Origin: an uncultured virus (IMG/VR IMGVR_UViG_3300020048_000049) | Taxonomy: Duplodnaviria; Heunggongvirae; Uroviricota; Caudoviricetes | IMG/VR virus record: IMGVR_UViG_3300020048_000049 | Length of the DNA stretch: 57,420 nt | Strand: one strand, 5' to 3' | Part shown: piece by piece, positions 49,803-57,286 of the stretch | How the letters are laid out: every line of letters begins with the position of its first letter | How positions within the stretch are numbered: the stretch's first letter is position 1 | Notes under the pieces: model-generated | Databases searched by the model: none | Seen by the model: only the letters and a program-made list of their open reading frames with translations | Told to the model about the DNA's origin: nothing | Translations under genes and position numbers: made by a program

Positions 49803-49830
49803 GAAACTTTCCTGTTTCGTTTTCGTATAA
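49803..49830 (+). promoter_or_regulatory. Class II ECF-type promoter
   Basis: GAAAC-N16-CGTATAA. Confidence 0.75.
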
Positions 49831-49836
49831 TAACTT

Positions 49837-50061
49837 ATGAAAACATTATTCCTTTTTATCTCAATTATATTTCTTGCTTCCTGTGAGAAAAATAAAAACT
49901 GTACCTGCCAGGTGAGAACTGATATCACAGTAAGGACCAGCATCGGCAGCTACATGACAACAACAAAAAGTACATCCACAAAAAAGAAAGCTACATGCGA
50001 CAGCTATGTCGTAACTTCTGGATACACAACAACTTACAACTCCTGTACAGAAATTCCTTAA
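49837..50061 (+). CDS. Small Cys-rich lipoprotein
   Basis: Lipobox FLASC followed by KNCTC. Confidence 0.75.
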   Translation: MKTLFLFISIIFLASCEKNKNCTCQVRTDITVRTSIGSYMTTTKSTSTKKKATCDSYVVTSGYTTTYNSCTEIP

Positions 50062-50067
50062 TTAATT

Positions 50068-50095
50068 GAAACTTTTTTAAATTCCTGACGTATAA
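50068..50095 (+). promoter_or_regulatory. Class II ECF-type promoter
   Basis: GAAAC-N16-CGTATAA. Confidence 0.75.
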
Positions 50096-50217
50096 ATATT
50101 TGAAAAGAGCTGCTTTGCCATAGTCGCTTATTTATTTCAATCGGAAGAAACTTCAGGACCCTACTCTTGAAGTTTCTTTTTTTTAAATAACCTGACCTAT
50201 AAAAGAAAAAACACACT

Positions 50218-50661
50218 ATGGAAAATAATACACCGCCCATCTCAAAAGCTCAAAGAGCATTAAGACTAATCATATTTAGTTTAATTTTGATAACTCCTCC
50301 TGTAGGAATATTCTTATTCTTAAATTCTGGTTCTCCAGCTGTTTCTTTTGCATCTATTGGGCTTGCTGCTGTTGCAGGTATATTTCTTGCATTTACCTGT
50401 AATGCAGATTACTATTTTAGAATAGAGCTCTTAGAATACAGGGTATTAAAAATTACAACTCAATCAGTTGGATTAGATTCAGTTATAACAAATGAAATAA
50501 CATTTGTTGTGCAGCAAAAAACTTATGGCGTAATCAGAAATGAATTTAATTGGATTACAATTGAAACAGAACTTACTGAAGAAGAGTCAATTAGAATTGT
50601 TGATAATAAGTTTGTAACTTTAAGTGAGCCTGTTGAGGAAGAAATTTATAGAAAACCTTAA
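50218..50661 (+). CDS. Membrane protein
   Basis: Two N-terminal hydrophobic helices. Confidence 0.75.
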   Translation: MENNTPPISKAQRALRLIIFSLILITPPVGIFLFLNSGSPAVSFASIGLAAVAGIFLAFTCNADYYFRIELLEYRVLKITTQSVGLDSVITNEITFVVQQKTYGVIRNEFNWITIETELTEEESIRIVDNKFVTLSEPVEEEIYRKP

Positions 50662-50668
50662 TAAGCCT

Positions 50669-50696
50669 GAAACTTTTTCAAACAGGATACGTATAA
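50669..50696 (+). promoter_or_regulatory. Class II ECF-type promoter
   Basis: GAAAC-N16-CGTATAA. Confidence 0.75.
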
Positions 50697-50714
50697 TAAA
50701 GAAATTAGATAATT

Positions 50715-51188
50715 ATGGATAACTCGAAGGACATAGATTTTAAGTTTGCAAAGAATTGGAAATCTTTTCTTGCGTGGCATGATGCTTATGAAACAAAAGC
50801 AAAATGTTCTCCTATGTGGGATGACCAAGCAAAAAAAATTGAATCCTGCTTTGAATCAACAAATCCAAATATTGTGGATTGGAAATCATTATGGAAAGAT
50901 TTTGCTAAATGGTATAAAACTCTTTGGGATACAAAAGGTATTGTTCTTTGGGCTGAACAAAGACGCCAAATAGAAACCTGTATGCTTAAACAATTAAATA
51001 GCCTGAATAGCGAATCATTCGTTCTAGTTTATTTAATGAATGGCAAACCGCAGGTAGATTCTAATACCATGAATTATTGGGACGCAGTTCGTACAAAAAA
51101 AGAACTTGACGGTGATTCAAATGGATTTGGCGGAGATGAACGTATGGACAAGATTACTATTATTAACCTGAATAAATTAATATCATAA
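50715..51188 (+). CDS. Trp-rich hypothetical protein with internal repeat
   Basis: WKSF..W...WDDQAKKIESC resembles WKDF..W...WAEQRRQIETC. Confidence 0.75.
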   Translation: MDNSKDIDFKFAKNWKSFLAWHDAYETKAKCSPMWDDQAKKIESCFESTNPNIVDWKSLWKDFAKWYKTLWDTKGIVLWAEQRRQIETCMLKQLNSLNSESFVLVYLMNGKPQVDSNTMNYWDAVRTKKELDGDSNGFGGDERMDKITIINLNKLIS

Positions 51189-51189
51189 T

Positions 51190-51417
51190 ATGCATGTACT
51201 AGATTTAATAATGTATTTCGTTTGTGTTGCCGCTATTTGGGGCATCATGGAATTCGGATGGAAAGGAAATATCACACAGGAAATTGGTGGTCTTATAGGG
51301 ATGTTTGTCATAATTATATTTACAATTATATACATAATCTTTTTTGTACTGGCAGGTTATAACTGGTGCGACTTTAATATTAATTGGACTGCTGTGTCTG
51401 GCTGGTTCAAATGGTAA
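51190..51417 (+). CDS. Small membrane protein
   Basis: Two hydrophobic segments. Confidence 0.7.
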   Translation: MHVLDLIMYFVCVAAIWGIMEFGWKGNITQEIGGLIGMFVIIIFTIIYIIFFVLAGYNWCDFNINWTAVSGWFKW

Positions 51418-51428
51418 ATTAAAATAAT

Positions 51429-51626
51429 ATGGTTGTAAATATTGTAACAAAAACTGTAACACTCAATAAGCTGGACATGACAGGAGAATCCTGGAGAGGT
51501 GATGTATACGGCATAAAGTTTAAAGATGTACGTACAGATACAAAAAAAGAAATAGAGCAGCTTGCTGGTTATAAAGTAATTTATGCCCATAGGAATAAAA
51601 AAGTGTTAATGATTTATAATAAATAA
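51429..51626 (+). CDS. Hypothetical protein
   Basis: ORF ending before the next element. Confidence 0.65.
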   Translation: MVVNIVTKTVTLNKLDMTGESWRGDVYGIKFKDVRTDTKKEIEQLAGYKVIYAHRNKKVLMIYNK

Positions 51627-51674
51627 ACAGGATTCTTTTTTTAAGAATCTTTGACCTATAAATAAAAAAACAAT

Positions 51675-51908
51675 ATGAAAACTACACTTCCAGACAATGT
51701 GATGACACAGATTTCTGATATCACAGAGAATAAACTTAAAAAAAACAATATCCCATTCACAAGAAATGATACTGTTTTTGATTTAAAAAAAGAACATCAA
51801 ATGAAACTTATGCAATTTCAAAGCGAGGCTACACTGGAATTGGTAGAGTCTGGTGTTATTACTCCAGAAATGATTGAAGCTGAAATGAAAATGTTTGCAC
51901 GTGGATAG
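51675..51908 (+). CDS. Hypothetical protein
   Basis: ORF after element. Confidence 0.7.
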   Translation: MKTTLPDNVMTQISDITENKLKKNNIPFTRNDTVFDLKKEHQMKLMQFQSEATLELVESGVITPEMIEAEMKMFARG

Positions 51909-52119
51909 CAAATACAAAGACAGGGTTGACGCCTGGCGTCAAGATACAGAGTTGGTAGTTCATAAACATATCTTTGGTAACTGGTCCGTAAGAGGAAACG
52001 TTACCAATTTCTTTTATAAGCTGGAGATGGATGAGGATAAAGCAAATACATATGCGGCAGAGCTAAACAGGAACAAAGTCAGTGAACAAGATATTTTTTT
52101 AAAAGATTTGCAATATTAA
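51895..52119 (+). CDS. Hypothetical protein
   Basis: Overlaps upstream stop; start uncertain. Confidence 0.55.
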   Translation: MHVDSKYKDRVDAWRQDTELVVHKHIFGNWSVRGNVTNFFYKLEMDEDKANTYAAELNRNKVSEQDIFLKDLQY

Positions 52120-52138
52120 AATATTTGTTATATATTTG
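52107..52138 (+). promoter_or_regulatory. Bacteroidota sigma-A-type promoter
   Basis: TTTG-N20-TATATTTG. Confidence 0.7.
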
Positions 52139-52243
52139 TCCTGTTGTAAAAAATTATAATTTTGTTTTCATATGCACTTAGTAAAGTTTACAACAACAAG
52201 AAATCCTGCCTGAAAGACTGCCTGGTCCTACAGGATGTGGAAT

Positions 52244-52278
52244 AAAAAAACCCCTGATGTACGAGTCAGGGGTTTTTT
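52244..52278 (+). terminator. Intrinsic terminator (possibly bidirectional)
   Basis: AAAAAAACCCCTGA-tgtacgag-TCAGGGGTTTTTT. Confidence 0.8.
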
Positions 52279-52334
52279 GTTTTGACTGTTTACTGTCAAT
52301 GGTCAAATTGCTTTAGATTTAAATAAAAATACCT

Positions 52335-52362
52335 GAAACTTTTTTAAGTTTTTTACGTACAA
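52335..52362 (+). promoter_or_regulatory. Class II ECF-type promoter
   Basis: GAAAC-N16-CGTACAA. Confidence 0.65.
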
Positions 52363-52463
52363 AGAAGTCCACGGGAGTTAATGACTCCTGAAATTATTTC
52401 CTGGTTCTGAGCTGTACTTGCAAAGCGTGGCGAAAGTTCCAGGGAATTTTTTATCGTATCACT

Positions 52464-52493
52464 ATCGGATATTATCGGATATTATCGGATATT
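52464..52493 (+). repeat. Tandem repeat (ATCGGATATT)x3
   Basis: Read directly. Confidence 0.85.
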
Positions 52494-52589
52494 CTTTTTT
52501 TTATAATACCTGACCTATATAATTGGTGCCCATAACTTTTATTCAGGATTCTACTTTTCTTTTTTTTAAATAACCTGACCTATACCAAT

Positions 52590-52742
52590 ATGAAACCAGA
52601 CTTTACAAAACTAAAATACTACAGCGAGTCAGCGTACTGCTGTCCAAGCTGCGGAACCCCTTCTAGTGAATGTGAGAGCAATGGAAACTGGGGTTACATC
52701 TGTTCTAACTGTGGTGAGGATTTTGAAACTCCTGATACATAG
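52590..52742 (+). CDS. Small zinc-ribbon protein (50 aa, leaderless)
   Basis: Translated by hand; CPSC and CSNC pairs. Confidence 0.65.
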   Translation: MKPDFTKLKYYSESAYCCPSCGTPSSECESNGNWGYICSNCGEDFETPDT

Positions 52743-52777
52743 GATTCTTTTTTTTTAAATCCTTGACCTATAATAAT

Positions 52778-52838
52778 AGAAACACAAAGACCCCGACTTG
52801 AAATAGACTCGGCAGGGTTAATCCACCCCTGCCTTATA
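52778..52838 (+). ncRNA. Repeated small-RNA-like unit, copy 11 (CCGA/TCGG variant)
   Basis: AAAGACCCCGA...TCGGCAGGGTTAATCC, as in copy 1. Confidence 0.55.
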
Positions 52839-52892
52839 TTTTCCTCCGAGATTCTATTTTTCTTTTTTTCCTTTTTCCTGACCTATAATAAT

Positions 52893-52988
52893 ATGAGCTA
52901 ACATCCACATATATTACGGCAGGCAGTTTATCACTGAAGCCCACCCCACAAAAAAAATGTGGCAGGGTTAATCCACTCCTGCCTTATA
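52893..52988 (+). ncRNA. Repeated small-RNA-like unit, copy 12 (extended 5' end)
   Basis: CCACA/TGTGG stem plus conserved core. Confidence 0.5.
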
Positions 52989-52997
52989 TTTTCCTAT

Positions 52998-53248
52998 TGT
53001 TAATAACTTGTTAATAACTATTTTTGAAACTTTATTAACATTCTAACGTATAACAATGTTAATAACTATTATGTGCTTAAACTCTGTTATGGTGCTGTGC
53101 GTAAACTCTGTTATGGTGCTATTTTTTTATAGCATCTCGGATGCGTATACTTAAATAAATTTATGGGCCAGGCCCATGTATTAAAATTAGGTTTTCCTGC
53201 TGTACTAAAATTAGGTTTACGTGCTTGATTATTTTAAAGTTATTAACA
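52998..53248. repeat. Cluster of TGTTAATAA/TTATTAACA boxes and direct repeats
   Basis: Boxes at 52998, 53009, 53032, 53057, 53240; TAAACTCTGTTATGGTGCT x2; TAAAATTAGGTTT x2. Confidence 0.7.
53026..53053 (+). promoter_or_regulatory. Class II ECF-type promoter
   Basis: GAAAC-N16-CGTATAA. Confidence 0.7.
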
Positions 53249-53295
53249 TTTTATGATATTTCATATTTTGTGTCTATTTACACAAAAGAGATATT

Positions 53296-53730
53296 ATGAA
53301 ATACAACCTTAAAAAGAAATACCAAATTGCTATGCGCAGAGCATATGCAACTGAAACTCCAGCTAAAGAAATTATAACTTTACTTGGAATTGATAAACAA
53401 GGGTTTAAAAACCATATTGATAAATATTTAATGCCAGGCATGAATGCTGAAAATTTTGGTAAGGAGTGGGGGTTAGACCATATAGTTCCCGTGGAACTTT
53501 TTGACTTAAATTCTGAAAATGAAACTAAAATTTGCTATAGCTATTTAAATATAATTCCTATGTTTAATAATGACAACAGAATGAAAGGTGCATCGGTGCA
53601 TTTCTCCCTGGAAAAGCTTAATAGTTTATTGTTAAAAAAAGTAGACGTAATTCAACAAAAAACTATAGGTAAATTAATTGACAAATGCAAGTCTGAAATT
53701 GAAAATATTTATTCTAAATATATTATCTAG
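53296..53730 (+). CDS. HNH-like endonuclease
   Basis: MNAENFGKEWGLDHIVP...CYSYLNIIPMF...NRMKG. Confidence 0.7.
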   Translation: MKYNLKKKYQIAMRRAYATETPAKEIITLLGIDKQGFKNHIDKYLMPGMNAENFGKEWGLDHIVPVELFDLNSENETKICYSYLNIIPMFNNDNRMKGASVHFSLEKLNSLLLKKVDVIQQKTIGKLIDKCKSEIENIYSKYII

Positions 53731-53990
53731 TTTTAAGCGCCTCTCCCTAACTATTTTAAGGGCCTAATTTAATAAGCATTGTAACTGCTTGATTGCTAGG
53801 TGTGTGTGAGCAGGCTCAAATTGCGTGCCATAGATTGCTAAAATCCTTTAAATTTTTAAAATAATGAAGGTTGAAAAACGAGGTGGGTTGGTACACGCAA
53901 AAAGTTTGGCGAACAGGACCAAAAAAATAATATACCTTATATTCCACTTTCCCTATCTAACTACCTGACATTCTGTCACTTACCCTTTTC

Positions 53991-54020
53991 NNNNNNNNNN
54001 NNNNNNNNNNNNNNNNNNNN
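53991..54020. other. Assembly gap
   Basis: Run of N. Confidence 1.
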
Positions 54021-54337
54021 CTTTTCACCCTCTCCCTTACCGAACATTTGCACCAACCAAATCCTTGAAATTTCGATGGTTTCCCTTACCAAATTATACC
54101 ACAAACTACCACAAATTACCACCTTAATTATCTGCTCTAATTAGGCTCAAAAACAGTGCCTCTCCCCAGATGAAATAAGGGGTCAAAATAGGGTTAATTA
54201 ATTGCTTAAAATGATGCTGTAATTGATGCTCTAATTGACACTGTAAATGATGCTGTAAATAATTGTAACCTTTCATTAATTATAGCGTATAATAGGTTAT
54301 AAACTCTCCCTGAGACGGGCTTAATTAGGGGTGATAA

Positions 54338-54751
54338 TTATGAGTTTAATTTAAAGTATATTTGGGAGTACTTTTCAACATCTTGCACTAAATAATTAAA
54401 GAAACCGATAAGGTCGTTTTCGTCTTTTGTCAAGCCTTTTTTAATTGGTTTAAAATTAAGTTCTAGGTATTTAAGTCTGAATAGTTCTATTTGGTTGTCT
54501 TTCATAAATTCTCCTAAGTCTTTATAATGGCAATTTTTGTATGTGAGGGGGAATTGGTTTTTTATTTTTATTCTAATCGTGTCATGTAAATTATCGGCAA
54601 TTATTTCAGCGTTCTTTACGGTTTTAATATAATATTGACTATACTCTTTATTATTAATTAGGCTGAAGTTTATAATTTCTTCTCTGAGTTTTGTGAGAGG
54701 AATTACAAAATTATTATTGATATATGTCCATTGTTTGACTTTAGGAATCAT
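54338..54751 (-). CDS. Hypothetical protein
   Basis: 137 aa ORF. Confidence 0.7.
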   Translation of the reverse strand: MIPKVKQWTYINNNFVIPLTKLREEIINFSLINNKEYSQYYIKTVKNAEIIADNLHDTIRIKIKNQFPLTYKNCHYKDLGEFMKDNQIELFRLKYLELNFKPIKKGLTKDENDLIGFFNYLVQDVEKYSQIYFKLNS

Positions 54752-54911
54752 CTTTGACGTCTTGCTTTAACGATAATAGGTTTTGTTTTACCAGCAATCA
54801 TATCTGCTTGTTTAAGTACATTTTCTATTATTTCAGTAGTTATCTCAACTTTATAAAATTGGTCTTGTATTATTTTCCACTGTCCAACTTTGAGTATTTT
54901 ACGGTTTTCTT

Positions 54912-55106
54912 TCATTTTCTGCTTGCCATCATTTTTAAATATGCTTTATGATATTTTTCTTGCCTGTCTATTGGTTTTTCTTTGCTTATAAAAACATTTA
55001 GGTGTTTGGTATTAAAGTGTTGGTTAATTTCTTTTAAGAAGGCTTCGGCTTTTTGTTTTTCTACCCATTCTTTAACTTTGAGTATTTTAAGGTTTTCCTC
55101 TTCCAT
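54912..55106 (-). CDS. Hypothetical protein
   Basis: Shares KILxVKEW with the upstream ORF. Confidence 0.6.
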   Translation of the reverse strand: MEEENLKILKVKEWVEKQKAEAFLKEINQHFNTKHLNVFISKEKPIDRQEKYHKAYLKMMASRK

Positions 55107-55353
55107 ATTTTCTTTTAGACAATGCATCCAAAGATGCTATTTCTTTGGTTAAATCTAATCCAACAGAGCTTTTATCTAAAAGCTCTTTTAATTCTTCAAC
55201 CAGTTTTTTATTTCTAATCCATTCTTTAACTGTAAGTATTTTCTCTGGAATCACATAATCAGGACTTAAGTCTTGGGCTAGTTCTCTGGTCCAGGTTGCT
55301 CTTAACTTTCTGGTTACAGTTGGAACGACAACTGATTCTATTTTAAGGTTCAT
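55087..55353 (-). CDS. Small protein with a T4-gp23-like capsid fragment
   Basis: LKIESVVVPTVTRKLRATWTRELAQDL. Confidence 0.6.
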   Translation of the reverse strand: MNLKIESVVVPTVTRKLRATWTRELAQDLSPDYVIPEKILTVKEWIRNKKLVEELKELLDKSSVGLDLTKEIASLDALSKRKYGRGKP

Positions 55354-55438
55354 ATGATTATATTTTCTATAAAGATAAAAAAACATTTTGATATAAGCAA
55401 GTGAAAAAATGATAACTCTCCCCTGGAGAATAGGGGCC

Positions 55439-55747
55439 TTAAAATGGCAGGTCTTCGGTTCCGCTTAGGTCTTCGAATTTCTTAATTAGGAGATAGTCGT
55501 GGATGTTCATTATCCTATTATGGGTTTCATTTGACTCTACGGTGAATGTTTTCCATTCTTGGTCAAATTCCAGGAGCATGCGTATAATTTCCTTACGTAG
55601 TTCTTCTGTGGTGGGTTTTTTATTATGGAAGATTTCGTTTAGTTCATTGACGATTTCATTAAGGGTATATTGGTCTATGGGTTTACCATCTATGGTAATG
55701 GATATTTCTCCTTGTTCTAGTAGTTTTTCGTCTATGTGGTAGTTCAT
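55439..55747 (-). CDS. Hypothetical protein
   Basis: 102 aa ORF ending EDLPF. Confidence 0.7.
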   Translation of the reverse strand: MNYHIDEKLLEQGEISITIDGKPIDQYTLNEIVNELNEIFHNKKPTTEELRKEIIRMLLEFDQEWKTFTVESNETHNRIMNIHDYLLIKKFEDLSGTEDLPF

Positions 55748-55905
55748 ATATGATTTGGTTTAAAATATAACCCGCCTTCGGCTCCTGAGCCTTATAAGGA
55801 TAGTTATTGGTATTAGTGTGGGGATTTTTATAAATGCCAAATTAATTGTGCTGTGGGGAAAAATATCCTTGGGCACAATTAATCAGGCATTGAAGTGGGT
55901 TTTTT

Positions 55906-56085
55906 TTATTCTTTCTTATTGGGAACAAAGGTGATGATTAGGATATAGACCATTCCCAGTATTGTTGCAGCTCCGATTAAAATTCCTAGCCATGGGCTAA
56001 TGTTATTAAATGTGAATACTGCTACTTGTAAAAGAACTAAGAATAGTAATATTAACCCGATTGTTTTAAAAATTATGGTTTTCAT
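55906..56085 (-). CDS. Small two-helix membrane protein (59 aa)
   Basis: Translated by hand: MKTIIFKTIGLILLFLVLLQVAVF...; follows the SPFH gene. Confidence 0.65.
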   Translation of the reverse strand: MKTIIFKTIGLILLFLVLLQVAVFTFNNISPWLGILIGAATILGMVYILIITFVPNKKE

Positions 56086-56249
56086 GTTTATTTAGCTTTA
56101 GGTTTTGTTTTATTTTCTGGTCTACTTTTGATATCAGACATAATAAATGGTAGGGGCAAACCGTTTCNNNNNNNNNNATACTGCTACTTGTAAAAGAACT
56201 GAGAATAGTAATATTAAACCGATTGTTTTAAAAATTATGGTTTTCATGT

Positions 56250-57098
56250 TTATTTAGCTTTTGTTTGGGGTTTATTTTTGATATCAGACATAATAAATGG
56301 TAGGGGCAAACCGTTTCCGCTGTAATATGTTGGGTAATGACCATCCCATTTAGCGATACGTCTTGCTTCAAGAATTTCAGGAGTTAGTGCTCTTGACTGG
56401 ATTAAGGCGAAGTCAGTTCTTAATTCTTCTAATTGGTTTATTTTTAGCTGTTGTATAATCTCTTGGTCTAATGTAGAGACGCTGGTTGAAACTTCAAGTC
56501 TTTTATCAAGCGTTTCCATAATCTTATTTGAATACGTAAGTTGTATGGTAATTGCGTCAAGTTTAAACCCTTTGCTTTCAAAGAATGCTCTGATTATATC
56601 TTCACATTCTTTCTCGAATTTTAATGAACCTCCGTTATTCATAAGTGAATCGGCTAAATGTTTTCGGCTCTGTTCTTTAATAATATCATATATGGCCATT
56701 TCTAAAACATTATCTTCAATCTGTTTAAGGAAGGAGCCACCATCTGAGCTATTTTGCTTTGCTATTTGAGAGTTGTTGAATACAACATCGACTAATCTGC
56801 CTTTTAAGATTGAATAGGCGTATTTGGGGTAGCAAGTCATTACGTTGTTCTTGCTATCTTGCATGTGAAGTGTATCTTCAACAGAGGCACGTTGTTGCCA
56901 TAATGGAACCTGGAATAATTGTGTACCCCATCCCCAATCGCTAACTCGTCCAAATTGTTCTGAGTAGTCAGATTTTCCTGATTTACCATAATTCTGCATA
57001 AGTACACCGCCATAATTTGGTTGTACAACTGTTGAGCAAGATGACATTAAAATACCTACTGAGATAATTAATGCTAATAATTTAATTGTTTTTTTCAT
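56250..57098 (-). CDS. SPFH / band 7 / prohibitin-domain lipoprotein
   Basis: Lipobox MSSC; VQPNYGGVL; LTPEIL...IAKWDGHYP C-terminus. Confidence 0.8.
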   Translation of the reverse strand: MKKTIKLLALIISVGILMSSCSTVVQPNYGGVLMQNYGKSGKSDYSEQFGRVSDWGWGTQLFQVPLWQQRASVEDTLHMQDSKNNVMTCYPKYAYSILKGRLVDVVFNNSQIAKQNSSDGGSFLKQIEDNVLEMAIYDIIKEQSRKHLADSLMNNGGSLKFEKECEDIIRAFFESKGFKLDAITIQLTYSNKIMETLDKRLEVSTSVSTLDQEIIQQLKINQLEELRTDFALIQSRALTPEILEARRIAKWDGHYPTYYSGNGLPLPFIMSDIKNKPQTKAK

Positions 57099-57127
57099 TT
57101 TTTATTTGTTTTTATTGATTTATTATA

Positions 57128-57286
57128 TTATACGTTATAAAATTAAAAAAGTTTCTAAATTATATATTTTAACCCGCCTTCGGCTCCTGAGCCTTATATA
57201 GATTGTTATTAATTTAATCGTTTTTTTCATTTTTTATTTTTTTAATTGATTTATTATATTATACGTTATAAAATTAAAAAAGTTTC
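57128..57286 (-). promoter_or_regulatory. Two tandem class II ECF-type promoters in a ~130 bp duplication
   Basis: GAAAC-N16-CGTATAA at 57155-57128 and 57286-57259. Confidence 0.75.

Larger units (their letters stand above)
267..52892. repeat. Dispersed class I element TTCTTTTTTT-N10-GACCTATA-N5-AT(A/G), about 125 copies; putative phage promoter and cassette boundary
   Basis: About 120 copies on + (1135-52892) and 5 on - (near 267, 853, 1106, 2804, 8422). TTC start to GACCTATA start is 20 nt in the copies measured. Found upstream of almost every ORF. Confidence 0.95.

Noticed and set aside
3815..50240. Minus-strand ORFs containing YRS..KKR and other antisense or nested ORFs
   Set aside because: They are shadows of plus-strand genes and of the reverse-complemented element.
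267..52892. CRISPR array interpretation of the repeats
   Set aside because: Intervals are gene-sized and irregular, the repeat has a variable middle, and no cas genes are present.
1135..52892. Class I element as a classical attC site
   Set aside because: It has no RYYYAAC/GTTRRRY boxes and no palindrome; only 636-770 fits attC.
56016..56337. Tandem duplication of the SPFH 3' end with a variant C-terminus
   Set aside because: The copies flank an N gap, so this is most likely two alleles scaffolded side by side; reads are needed.
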